The notes beneath the pieces are model-generated. The model had not been told where the DNA came from, searched no databases, and saw only the letters and a list, made by a program, of their open reading frames with translations. DNA of 64,000 nt from Eledone cirrhosa (taxonomy: Eukaryota): positions 129,704,001 through 129,768,000 of the forward strand of contig OZ024743.1 in assembly GCA_964016885.1 (NCBI GenBank). Direction: 5' to 3'. Every line of letters begins with the position of its first letter. Positions within the stretch are counted from its first letter, which is position 1. The position numbers and the translations under genes are program-made. This document shows, piece after piece, positions 1-13,000 of the stretch.

Positions 1-3000
1 AAACACCAAAGACCAAGCACCAAACACCAGACACCAAGCACCAAACACCAAGCACCAAGCACCAAACACCAAACAACAAGCACCAGGTACCAAGCACCAA
101 ACACCAAAAACCAAGCACCAAGCACCAAACACCAAGCACCAAGCACCAAACGCCAAACACCAAGCACCAAGCACCAAGCACCAAACACCAAGCACCAAGC
201 ACCAAACACCAAGCACCAATCACCAAGCACCAAACACCAAGCAGCAAGCAGCAAGCACCAAACACCAAACACCAAGCACCAAGCACTAAACACCAAGCAC
301 CAAGGACCAAACATCATACACCAAGCACCAAGCACCAAACACCTAACACCAAGCACCAAGCACCAAGCACCAAGCACCGAACACCAAGCACCAAACACCA
401 AGCACCAAACACCAAGCACCAAGCACCAAACACCAAGCACCAAACACCAAGTACCAAGCACCAAGCACCAAACACCAAGCACCAGGCACCAAGAACCAAA
501 CACCAAACACCATGGACCAAGCACCAAGCCCCAAACACTTAACACCAAGCACCAAGCACCAAACACCAAGCACCAAAAACCAAACACCAAGCACCAACTA
601 CTAAACACCAAGCACCAAGCACCAAACACCAAGCACCAAGCACCAATCACCAAACACCAAGAACCAAGCACCAAACACCAAGCACCAAGGACCAAGCACC
701 AGGCACCAAGCACCAAGCACCAAACACAAAACACCAAGCACCAAACACAAAACACCAAGCACCAAGGAGCAAACACCAAGCATCAAACACCAAACACCAA
801 ACACCAAGCACCAAACACCAAGCACCAAGCAGCAAACACCAAACACCAAGCACCAAGCACCAAGCACCAAACACCAAACACCAAGCACCAAACACCAGAC
901 ACCAAGCACCAAACACCAAGCACCAAGCACCAAGCACCAAACACCAAACAACAAGCACCAGGTACCAAGCACCAAACACCAAAAACCAAGCACCAAGCAT
1001 CAAACACCAAACCCCAAGCACCAATCACCAAACACTAATCACCAAGCACCAAGCACCAAACACCAAGCACCAAACAGCAAACCCCAAGCACCAATCACCA
1101 AATACTAATCACCAAGCACCAAGCACCAATCACCAAGCACCAAGCAGCAAGCACCAAACACCAAGCACCAAGCACTAAGCACCTAGCACCAAACACCAAG
1201 CACCAAGCACCAAACACCAAACCCCAAGCACCAAAGACCAAGCACCAAGCACCAAGGACCAAACACCAAGCACCAAGCACCAAGCACCAAACACCAAGCA
1301 CCAAGCACCAAACACCCAGCACCAGACACCAAGCACCAAACACCAAGCACCAAGCACCAAAAACCAAACAACAAGCACCAGGTACCAAGCACCAAAGACC
1401 AAAAACCAAGCACCAAGCAACAAACACCAAGCACCAAGCACCAAACGCCAAACACCAAGCACCAAGCACCAAGCACCAAACACCAAGCACCAAGCACCTA
1501 GCACCAAACACCAAACACCAAGCACCAAGCAGCAAACACCAAGCACCAATCACCAAGCACCAAACACCAAGCAGCAAGCAGCAAGCACCAAACACCAAAC
1601 ACCAAGCACCTAGGACCAAACATCATACACCAAGCACCAAGCACCAAACACCTAACACCAAGCACCAAGCACCAAGCACCAAGCACCGAACACCAAGCAC
1701 CAAACACCAAGCACCAAACACCAAGCACCAAGCACCAAACACCAAGCACCAAACACCAAGCACCAAGCACCAAGCACCAAACACCAAGCACCAGGCACCA
1801 AGCACCAAACACCAAACCCCAAGCACTAAAGACCAAGCACCAAGCACCAAGGACCAAACACCAAGCACCAAGCACCAAGCACCAAACACCAAGCACCAAG
1901 CACCAAACACCCAGCACCAAGCACCAAGCACCAAACACCAAGCACCAAGCACCAAACACCAAACACCAAACACCAGGCACCAAGCACCAAACAGCAAGCA
2001 CCAAACACCAAACACCAAACAGCAAACATCAAACAGCAAACACCAAACACCAAACAGCAAACAGCAAACGCCAAACACCAAGCACGAAGCACCAAGCACC
2101 AAACACCAAGCACCAAGCACCAAGCACAAAACACCAAACACCAAGCACCAAGGACCAAACATCAAACACCAAGCACCAAGCACCTAGCACAAAGCACCGA
2201 ACACCAAGCACCAAACACCAAGCACCAAACACCAAGCACCAAACACCAAACACCAGGCACCAAGCACCAAACACCAAGCACCATGCACCAAACACCAAGC
2301 ACCAAGCACCAAGCACCAAACACCAAGCACCAAACACCAAACACCAAGCACCAAGTACCAAACACCAAGCACCAAACACCAAACACCAAGCACCAAGCAC
2401 CAATCACCAAACACCAAGAACCAAGCACCAAACACCAAGCACCAAGCACCAAGTACATACACCAAGAACCAAACACCAAACACAAAACACCAAGCACCAA
2501 GCAACAAGCATCAAACACCAAGCATCAAACACCAAACACCAAGCACCAAACACCAAACACCAAGCACCAAGCACCAAGCACCAAGCACAAACATCAAGCA
2601 CCCAGCACCAAACACCAAGCACCAAGCACCAAGCACCAAACACCAAGCACCAAGCACCAAAACCCAAACACCAAGCACCAAGCACCAAACACCAAACACC
2701 AAACACCAGAAACCAAGCACCAAGCACCAAACACTAAGCACTAAGCACCAAACAGCAAACCCCAAGAACCAAGCACCAAACATTAATCACCAAGCACCAC
2801 ACAACAAGCACCAAGCACCAAGAACCAGGCACCAAGCACCAAGCACCAAACACAAAACACCAAGCACCAAGCACCAAGCAGCACACACCAAGCATCAAAC
2901 ACCAACCACCAAACACCAAGCACCAAACACCTAACACCAAGCACTAAGCACCAAGCACCAAGCACCAAACTCCAAGCACCCAGCACCAAACACCAAACAC

Positions 3001-4730
3001 CAAGCACCAAGCACCAAACACCAAACACCAAGCACCAAGCACCAAGCACCAAACACCAAAGACCAAGCACCAAACACCAGACACCAAGCACCAAACACCA
3101 AGCACCAAGCACCAAACACCAAACAACAAGCACCAGGTACCAAGCACCAAACACCAAAAACCAAGCACCAAGCACCAAAAACCAAGCACCAAGCACCAAA
3201 CGCCAAACACCAAGCACCAAGCACCAAGCACCAAACACCAAGCACCAAGCACCAAACACCAAGCACATATCACCAAGCACCAAACACCAAGCAGCAAGCA
3301 GCAAGCACCAAACACCAAACACCAAGCACCAAGCACTAAACACCAAGCACCAAGGACCAAACATCATACACCAAGCACCAAGCACCAAACACCTAACACC
3401 AAGCACCAAGCACCAAGCACCAAGCACCGAACACCAAGCACCAAACACCAAGCACCAAACACCAAGCACCAAGCACCAAACACCAAGCACCAAACACCAA
3501 GTACCAAGCACCAAGCACCAAACACCAAGCACCAGGCACCAAGAACCAAACACCAAGCACCATGGACCAAGCACCAAGCCCCAAACACTTAACACCAAGC
3601 ACCAAGCACCAAACACCAAGCACCAAAAACCAAACACCAAGCACCAACTACTAAACACCAAGCACCAAGCACCAAACCCCAAGCACCAAGCACCAATCAC
3701 CAAACACCAAGAACCAAGCACCAAACACCAAGCACCAAGGACCAAGCACCAGGCACCAAGCACCAAGCACCAAACACAAAACACCAAGCACCAAACACAA
3801 AACACCAAGCACCAAGCAGCAAACACCAAGCATCAAACACCAAACACCAAACACCAAGCACCAAACACCAAGCACCAAGCAGCAAACACCAAACACCAAG
3901 CACCAAGCACCAAGCACCAAACACCAAACACCAAGCACCAAACACCAGACACCAAGCACCAAACACCAAGCACCAAGCACCAAGCACCAAACACCAAACA
4001 ACAAGCACCAGGTACCAAGCACCAAACACCAAAAACCAAGCACCAAGCATCAAACACCAAACCCCAAGCACCAATCACCAAACACTAATCACCAAGGACC
4101 AAGCACCAAACACCAAGCACCAAACAGCAAACCCCAAGCACCAATCACCAAATACTAATCACCAAGCACCAAGCACCAATCACCAAGCACCAAGCAGCAA
4201 GCACCAAACACCAAGCACCAAGCACTAAGCACCTAGCACCAAACACCAAGCACCAAGCACCAAACACCAAACCCCAAGCACCAAAGACCAAGCACCAAGC
4301 ACCAAGGACCAAACACCAAGCACCAAGCACCAAGCACCAAACACCAAGCACCAAGCACCAAACACCCAGCACCAGACACCAAGCACCAAACACCAAGCAC
4401 CAAGCACCAAAAACCAAACAACAAGCACCAGGTACCAAGCACCAAAGACCAAAAACCAAGCACCAAGCAACAAACACCAAGCACCAAGCACCAAACGCCA
4501 AACACCAAGCACCAAGCACCAAGCACCAAACACCAAGCACCAAGCACCTAGCACCAAACACCAAACACCAAGCACCAAGCAGCAAACACCAAGCACCAAT
4601 CACCAAGCACCAAACACCAAGCAGCAAGCAGCAAGCACCAAACACCAAACACCAAGCACCAAGGACCAAACATCATACACCAAGCACCAAGCACCAAACA
4701 CCTAACACCAAGCACCAAGCACCAAGCACC
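1..4730 (+). repeat. 3,050-bp HOR (436 monomers, two of them 6 nt): one full copy plus about half of the next
   Basis: GGTACC at 86/961/1381 recurs at 3136/4011/4431. ORF-track offsets 314->3364, 601->3651 and 1095->4145 are all 3,050 = 436x7-2 (hexamers TACATA 2454, CACAAA 2586). Confidence 0.93.
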
Positions 4731-7280
4731 AAGCACCAAACACCAAGCACCAAGCACCAAACACCAAACCCCAAGCACCAAAGACCAAGCACCAAGCACC
4801 AAGGACCAAGCACCAAGCACCAAGCACCAAGCACCAAACACCAAGCACCAAGCACCAAACACCCAGCACCAAGCACCAAGCACCAAACACCAAGCACCAA
4901 GCACCAAACACCAAACACCAAGCACCAAGCACCAAACAGCAAGCACCAAACACCAAACACCAAACAGCAAACATCAAACAGCAAACACCAAACACCAAAC
5001 AGCAAACAGCAAACACCAAACACCAAGCACCAAACACCAAGCACCAAACACCAAGCACCAAGCACCAAGCACAAAACACCAAACACCAAGCACCAAGGAC
5101 CAAACATCAAACACCAAGGACCAAGCACCTAGCACAAAGCAACGAACACCAAGCACCAAACACCAAGCACCAAACACCAAACACCAAACACCAAACACCA
5201 GGCACCAAGCACCAAACACCAAGCACCATGCACCAAACACCAAGCACCAAGCACGAAGCACCAAACACCAAGCACCAAGCACCAAACACTTAACACCAAG
5301 CACCAAGCACCAAGCACCAAACACCAAGCACCAAACACCAAACACCAAGCACCAAGTACCAAACACCAAGCACCAAGCCCCAAACACCAAGCATCAAGCA
5401 CCAATCACCAAACACCAAGAACCAAGCACCAAACACCAAGCACCAAGCACCAAGTACATACACCAAGAACCAAACACCAAACACAAAACACCAAGCACCA
5501 AGCAACAAGCATCAAACACCAAGCATCAAACACCAAACACCAAGCACCAAGAACCAAACACCAAACACCAAACAGCAAGCACCAAGCACCAAACACCAAG
5601 CACCAAACACCAAACCCCAAGCACCAATCACCAAACACTAATCACCAAGCACCAAGCACCAAACACCAAGCACCAAGCAGCAAGCACCAAGCACCAAACA
5701 CCAAGCACCAAGCACCAAACACCAAACCCCAAGCACCAAAGAGCAAGCAACAAGCACCAAGGACGAAACACCAAGCACCAAGCACCAAGCACCAAACACC
5801 AAGCACCAAGCACCAAACACCCAGCACCAAGCACCAAACACCAAGCACCAAGCACCAAGCACCAAACACCAAACACCAAGCACCAAACACCAGACACCAA
5901 GCACCAAACACCAAGCACCAAGCACCAAACACCAACCACCCAGCACCAAACACCAAGCACCAAACACCAAGCACCAGGCACCAAGCACCAAACACCAAAC
6001 ACCAAGCACGCAGCATCAAACACCAAGCACCAAGCACCAAGCACCAAACACCAAGCACCAAGCACCAAGCACCAAGTACCAAACACCAAACACCAAGCAC
6101 CAAACACCAAACACCAAACAACAAGCACCAGGCACCAAGCACCAAACACCAAACACCAAGCACGCAGCACCAAACACCAAGCACGCAGCACCAAACACCA
6201 AGCACCAAGCACCAAGAACCAAACACCAAACACCATGAACCAAGCAGCAAGCACCCAACACCAAGCACCAAGCACCAAGCACCAAGCACCAAACACCAAG
6301 CACCAAGCACCAAACACCAAACACCAAGCACTAAGCACCAAAAACCAAACAACAAGCACCAGGCACCAAGCACCAAACACCAAACACCAAGCACGCAGCA
6401 CCAAACACCAAGCACCAAGCACCAAGAACCAAACACCAAACACCATGAACCAAGCAGCAAGCACCCAACACCAAGCACCAAGCACCAAGCACCAAGCACC
6501 AAACACCAAGCACCAAGCACCAAACACCAAACCCCAAGCACCAAAGACCAAGCACCAAGCACCAAGGACCAAGCACCAAGCACCAAGCACCAAGCACCAA
6601 ACACCAAGCACCAAGCACCAAACACCCAGCACCAAGCACCAAGCACCAAACACCAAGCACCAAGCACCAAACACCAAACACCAAGCACCAAGCACCAAAC
6701 AGCAAGCACCAAACACCAAACAACAAACAGCAAACATCAAACAGCAAACACCAAACACCAAACAGCAAACAGCAAACACCAAACACCAAGCACCAAACAC
6801 CAAGCACCAAACACCAAGCACCAAGCACCAAGCACAAAACACCAAACACCAAGCACCAAGGACCAAACATCAAACACCAAGGACCAAGCACCTAGCACAA
6901 AGCAACGAAAACCAAGCACCAAACACCAAGCACCAAACACCAAACACCAAACACCAAACACCAGGCACCAAGCACCAAACACCAAGCACCATGCACCAAA
7001 CACCAAGCACCAAGCACGAAGCACCAAACACCAAGCACCAAGCACCAAACACTTAACACCAAGCACCAAGCACCAAGCACCAAACACCAAGCACCAAACA
7101 CCACACACCAAGCACCAAGTACCAAACACCAAGCACCAAGCCCCAAACACCAAGCATCAAGCACCAATCACCAAACACCAAGAACCAAGCACCAAACACC
7201 AAGCACCAAGCACCAAGTACATACACCAAGAACCAAACACCAAACACAAAACACCAAGCACCAAGCAACAAGCATCAAAC
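4720..7280 (+). repeat. ~0.8-kb direct repeat at offset 1,763 bp flanking a divergent ~0.9-kb satellite segment
   Basis: ORF offsets 5107->6870 and 5290->7053 = 1,763 = 252x7-1. The middle segment carries variants not seen in the surrounding HOR (CACGCAG at 6007, 6161, 6182, 6392; GACGAAA ~5762). Confidence 0.8.
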
Positions 7281-7989
7281 ACCAAACACCAAGCACCAAG
7301 CACCAAGCACCAAACACCAAACACCAAGCACCAAACACCAGACACCAAGCACCAAACACCAAGCACCAAGCACCAAGCACCAAACACCAAACAACAAGCA
7401 CCAGGTACCAAGCACCAAACACCAAAAACCAAGCACCAAGCATCAAACACCAAACCCCAAGCACCAATCACCAAACACCAAGCACCAAACACCAAACACC
7501 AAACACCAGAAACCAAGCACCAAACACCAAACACCAAGCACCAAGCACCAAACACCAAGCACCAAGCACCAAACAGCAAACCCCAAGCACCAAGCACCAA
7601 ACACTAATCACCAAGCACCAAGCACCACACAACAAGCACCAAGCACCAAGAACCAGGCACCAAGCACCAAGCACCAAACACAAAACACCAAGCACCAAGC
7701 ACCAAGCAGCACACACCAAGCATCAAACACCAAACACCAAACACAAAGCACCAAACACCAAATACCAAGTACTAAGCACCAAGCACCAAGCACCAAACTC
7801 CAAGCACCCAGCACCAAACACCAAACACCAAGCACCAAGCACCAAACACCAAACACCAAGCACCAAGCACCAAGCACCAAACACCAAACACCAAGCACCA
7901 AACACCAGACACCAAGCACCAAACACCAAGCACCAAGCACCAAGCACCAAACACCAAACAACAAGCATCAGGTACCAAGCACCAAAAAC

Positions 7990-10900
7990 CAAGCACCAAG
8001 CATCAAACACCAAACCCCAAGCACCAATCACCAAACACTAATCACCAAGCACCACGCACCAAACACCAAGCACCAAACAGCAAACCCCAAGCACCAATCA
8101 CCAAACACTAATCACCAAGCACCAAGCACCAATCACCAAGCACCAAGCAGCAAGCACCAAACACCAAGCACCAAGCACCAAGCACCAAGCACCAAACACC
8201 AAGCACCAAGCACCAAACACCAAACCCCAAGCACCAAAGACCAAGCACCAAGCACCAAGGACCAAACACCAAGCACCAAGCACCAAGCAACAAACACCAA
8301 GCACCAAGCACCAAACACCCAGCACCAAGCACCAAGCACCAAACACCAAGCACCAAGCACCAAACACCAAACACCAAACACCAGGCACCAAGCACCAAAC
8401 AGCAAGCACCAAACACCAAACACCAAACAGCAAACATCAAACAGCAAACACCAAACACCAAACAGCAAACAGCAAACGCCAAACACCAAGCACGAAGCAC
8501 CAAGCACCAAACACCAAGCACCAAGCACCAAGCACAAAACACCAAACACCAAGCACCAAGGACCAAACATCAAGCACCAAACACCAAACACCAAGCACCA
8601 AGGACCAAACATCAAGCACCTAGCACAAAGCACCGAACACCAAGCACCAAACACCAAGCACCAAACACCAAGCACCAAACACCAAACACCAGGCACCAAG
8701 CACCAAACACCAAGCACCATGCACCAAACACCAAGCACCAAGCACCAAGCACCAAACACCAAGCACCAAACACCAAACACCAAGCACCAAGTACCAAACA
8801 CCAAGCACCAAACACCAAACACCAAGCACCAAGCACCAATCACCAAACACCAAGAACCAAGCACCAAACACCAAGCACCAAGCACCAAGTACATACACCA
8901 AGAACCAAACACCAAACACAAAACACCAAGCACCAAGCAACAAGCATCAAACACCAAGCATCAAACACCAAACACCAAGCACCAAACACCAAACACCAAG
9001 CACCAAGCACCAAGCACCAAGCACAAACATCAAGCACCCAGCACCAAACACCAAGCACCAAGCACCAAGCACCAAACACCAAGCACCAAGCACCAAAACC
9101 CAAACACCAAGCACCAAGCACCAAACACCAAACACCAAACACCAGAAACCAAGCACCAAGCACCAAACACTAAGCACTAAGCACCAAACAGCAAACCCCA
9201 AGCACCAAGCACCAAACATTAATCACCAAGCACCACACAACAAGCACCAAGCACCAAGAACCAGGCACCAAGCACCAAGCACCAAACACAAAACACCAAG
9301 CACCAAGCACCAAGCAGCACACACCAAGCATCAAACACCAACCACCAAACACCAAGCACCAAACACCTAACACCAAGCACTAAGCACCAAGCACCAAGCA
9401 CCAAACTCCAAGCACCCAGCACCAAACACCAAACACCAAGCACCAAGCACCAAACACCAAACACCAAGCACCAAGCACCAAGCACCAAACACCAAACACC
9501 AAGCACCAAACACCAGACACCAAGCACCAAACACCAAGCACCAAGCACCAAACACCAAACAACAAGCACCAGGTACCAAGCACCAAACACCAAAAACCAA
9601 GCACCAAGCACCAAACACCAAGCACCAAGCACCAAACGCCAAACACCAAGCACCAAGCACCAAGCACCAAACACCAAGCACCAAGCACCTAGCACCAAAC
9701 ACCAAACACCAAGCACCAAGCACCAAACACCAAGCACCAATCACCAAGCACCAAACACCAAGCAGCAAGCAGCAAGCACCAAACACCAAACACCAAGCAC
9801 CAAGCACTAAACACCAAGCACCAACGACCAAACATCATATACCAAGCACCAAGCACCAAACACCTAACACCAAGCACCAAGCACCAAGCACCAAGCACCG
9901 AACACCAAGCACCAAACACCAAGCACCAAACACCAAGCACCAAGCACCAAACACCAAGCACCAAACACCAAGCACCAAGCACCAAGCACCAAACACCAAG
10001 CACCAGGCACCAAGAACCAAACACCAAGCACCATGGACCAAGCACCAAGCCCCAAACACTTAACACCAAGCACCAAGCACCAAACACCAAGCACCAAAAA
10101 CCAAACACCAAGCACCAACTACTAAACACCAAGCACCAAGCACCAAACACCAAGCACCAAGCACCAATCACCAAACACCAAGAACCAAGCACCAAACACC
10201 AAGCACCAAGGACCAAGCACCAGGCACCAAGCACCAAGCACCAAACACAAAACACCAAGCACCAAACACAAAACACCAAGCACCAAGCAGCAAACACCAA
10301 GCATCAAACACCAAACACCAAACACCAAGCACCAAACACCAAGCACCAAGCAGCAAACACCAAACACCAAGCACCAAGCACCAAGCACCAAACACCAAAC
10401 ACCAAGCACCAAACACCAGACACCAAGCACCAAATACCAAGCACCAAGCACCATGCACCAAACACCAAACAACAAGCACCAGGTACCAAGCACCAAACAC
10501 CAAAAACCAAGCACCAAGCATCAAACACCAAACCCCAAGCACCAATCACCAAACACTAATCACCAAGCACCAAGCACCAAACACCAAGCACCAAACAGCA
10601 AACCCCAAGCACCAATCACCAAACACTAATCACCAAGCACCAAGCACCAATCACCAAGCACCAAGCAGCAAGCACCAAACACCAAGCACCAAGCACCAAG
10701 CACCAAGCACCAAACACCAAGCACCAAGCACCAAACACCAAACCCCAAGCACTAAAGACCAAGCACCAAGCACCAAGGACCAAACACCAAGCACCAAGCA
10801 CCAAGCACCAAACACCAAGCACCAAGCACCAAACACCCAGCACCAAGCACCAAGCACCAAACACCAAGCACCAAGCACCAAACACCAAACACCAAACACC

Positions 10901-13000
10901 AGGCACCAAGCACCAAACAGCAAGCACCAAACACCAAACACCAAACAGCAAACATCAAACAGCAAACACCAAACACGAAACAGCAAACAGCAAACGCCAA
11001 ACACCAAGCACGAAGCACCAAGCACCAAACACCAAGCACCAAGCACAAAACACCAAACACCAAGCACCAAGGACCAAACATCAAACACCAAGCACCAAGC
11101 ACCTAGCACAAAGCACCGAACACCAAGCACCAAACACCAAGCACCAAACACCAAGCACCAAACACCAAACACCAGGCACCAAGCACCAAACACCAAGCAC
11201 CATGCACCAAACACCAAGCACCAAGCACCAAGCACCAAACACCAAGCACCAAACACCAAACACCAAGCACCAAGTACCAAACACCAAGCACCAAACACCA
11301 AACACCAAGCACCAAGCACCAATCACCAAACACCAAGAACCAAGCACCAAACACCAAGCACCAAGCACCAAGTACATACACCAAGAACCAAACACCAAAC
11401 ACAAAACACCAAGCACCAAGCAACAAGCATCAAACACCAAGCATCAAACACCAAACACCAAGCACCAAACACCAAACACCAAGCACCAAGCACCAAGCAC
11501 CAAGCACAAACATCAAGCACCCAGCACCAAACACCAAGCACCAAGCACCAAGCACCAAACACCAAGCACCAAGCACCAAAACCCAAACACCAAGCACCAA
11601 GCACCAAACACCAAACACCAAACACCAGAAACCAAGCACCAAGCACCAAACACTAAGCACTAAGCACCAAACAGCAAACCCCAAGAACCAAGCACCAAAC
11701 ATTAATCACCAAGCACCACACAACAAGCACCAAGCACCAAGAACCAGGCACCAAGCACCAAGCACCAAACACAAAACACCAAGCACCAAGCACCAAGCAG
11801 CACACACCAAGCATCAAACACCAACCACCAAACACCAAGCACCAAACACCTAACACCAAGCACTAAGCACCAAGCACCAAGCACCAAACTCCAAGCACCC
11901 AGCACCAAACACCAAACACCAAGCACCAAGCACCAAACACCAAACACCAAGCACCAAGCACCAAGCACCAAACACCAAAGACCAAGCACCAAACACCAGA
12001 CACCAAGCACCAAACACCAAGCACCAAGCACCAAACACCAAACAACAAGCACCAGGTACCAAGCACCAAACACCAAAAACCAAGCACCAAGCACCAAACA
12101 CCAAGCACCAAGCACCAAACGCCAAACACCAAGCACCAAGCACCAAGCACCAAACACCAAGCACCAAGCACCAAACACCAAGCACCAATCACCAAGCACC
12201 AAACACCAAGCAGCAAGCAGCAAGCACCAAACACCAAACACCAAGCACCAAGCACTAAACACCAAGCACCAAGGACCAAACATCATACACCAAGCACCAA
12301 GCACCCAACACCTAACACCAAGCACCAAGCACCAAGCACCAAGCACCGAACACCAAGCACCAAACACCAAGCACCAAACACCAAGCACCAAGCACCAAAC
12401 ACCAAGCACCAAACACCAAGTACCAAGCACCAAGCACCAAACACCAAGCACCAGGCACCAAGAACCAAACACCAAACACCATGGACCAAGCACCAAGCCC
12501 CAAACACTTAACACCAAGCACCAAGCACCAAACACCAAGCACCAAAAACCAAACACCAAGCACCAACTACTAAACACCAAGCACCAAGCACCAAACACCA
12601 AGCACCAAGCACCAATCACCAAACACCAAGAACCAAGCACCAAACACCAAGCACCAAGGACCAAGCACCAGGCACCAAGCACCAAGCACCAAACACAAAA
12701 CACCAAGCACCAAACACAAAACACCAAGCACCAAGGAGCAAACACCAAGCATCAAACACCAAACACCAAACACCAAGCACCAAACACCAAGCACCAAGCA
12801 GCAAACACCAAACACCAAGCACCAAGCACCAAGCACCAAACACCAAACACCAAGCACCAAACACCAGACACCAAGCACCAAACACCAAGCACCAAGCACC
12901 AAGCACCAAACACCAAACAACAAGCACCAGGTACCAAGCACCAAACACCAAAAACCAAGCACCAAGCATCAAACACCAAACCCCAAGCACCAATCACCAA
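7990..13000 (+). repeat. Pair of ~2.5-kb HOR variants (period 2,483 bp; 2,490 bp in the duplicated copy near 19.7-24.7 kb)
   Basis: TACATA 8890->11373 = 2,483 = 355x7-2; 20586->23076 = 2,490 = 356x7-2. Identical 153-aa pseudo-ORFs at 8719/11202 and 20415/22905. Confidence 0.8.

Noticed and set aside
86-515. Palindromes GGTACC, CCATGG (and ATTAAT, TGCA elsewhere) as operator, recombination or cloning sites
   Set aside because: Each arises from one or two substitutions in adjacent monomers and spreads passively with the HORs; GGTACC decays to GGTTCC in some copies.
592-605. CACCAAC-TACTAAA resembling the Drosophila virilis heptamer satellite AAACTAC
   Set aside because: An isolated pair of variant monomers, never tandem; the array consensus differs.
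2283-2744. 153-aa plus-strand ORF (MHQTPSTKHQ...) present 12 times
   Set aside because: The ATG is the CACCATG variant and the stop is CACTAAG. Recurrence simply tracks HOR copies; no domain or expression signal is visible.
2454-5460. 3,001-bp TACATA spacing equal to the 43-49 kb HOR period
   Set aside because: Module content and variants differ. All periods are limited to 7n minus a few bases, so coincident lengths are expected.
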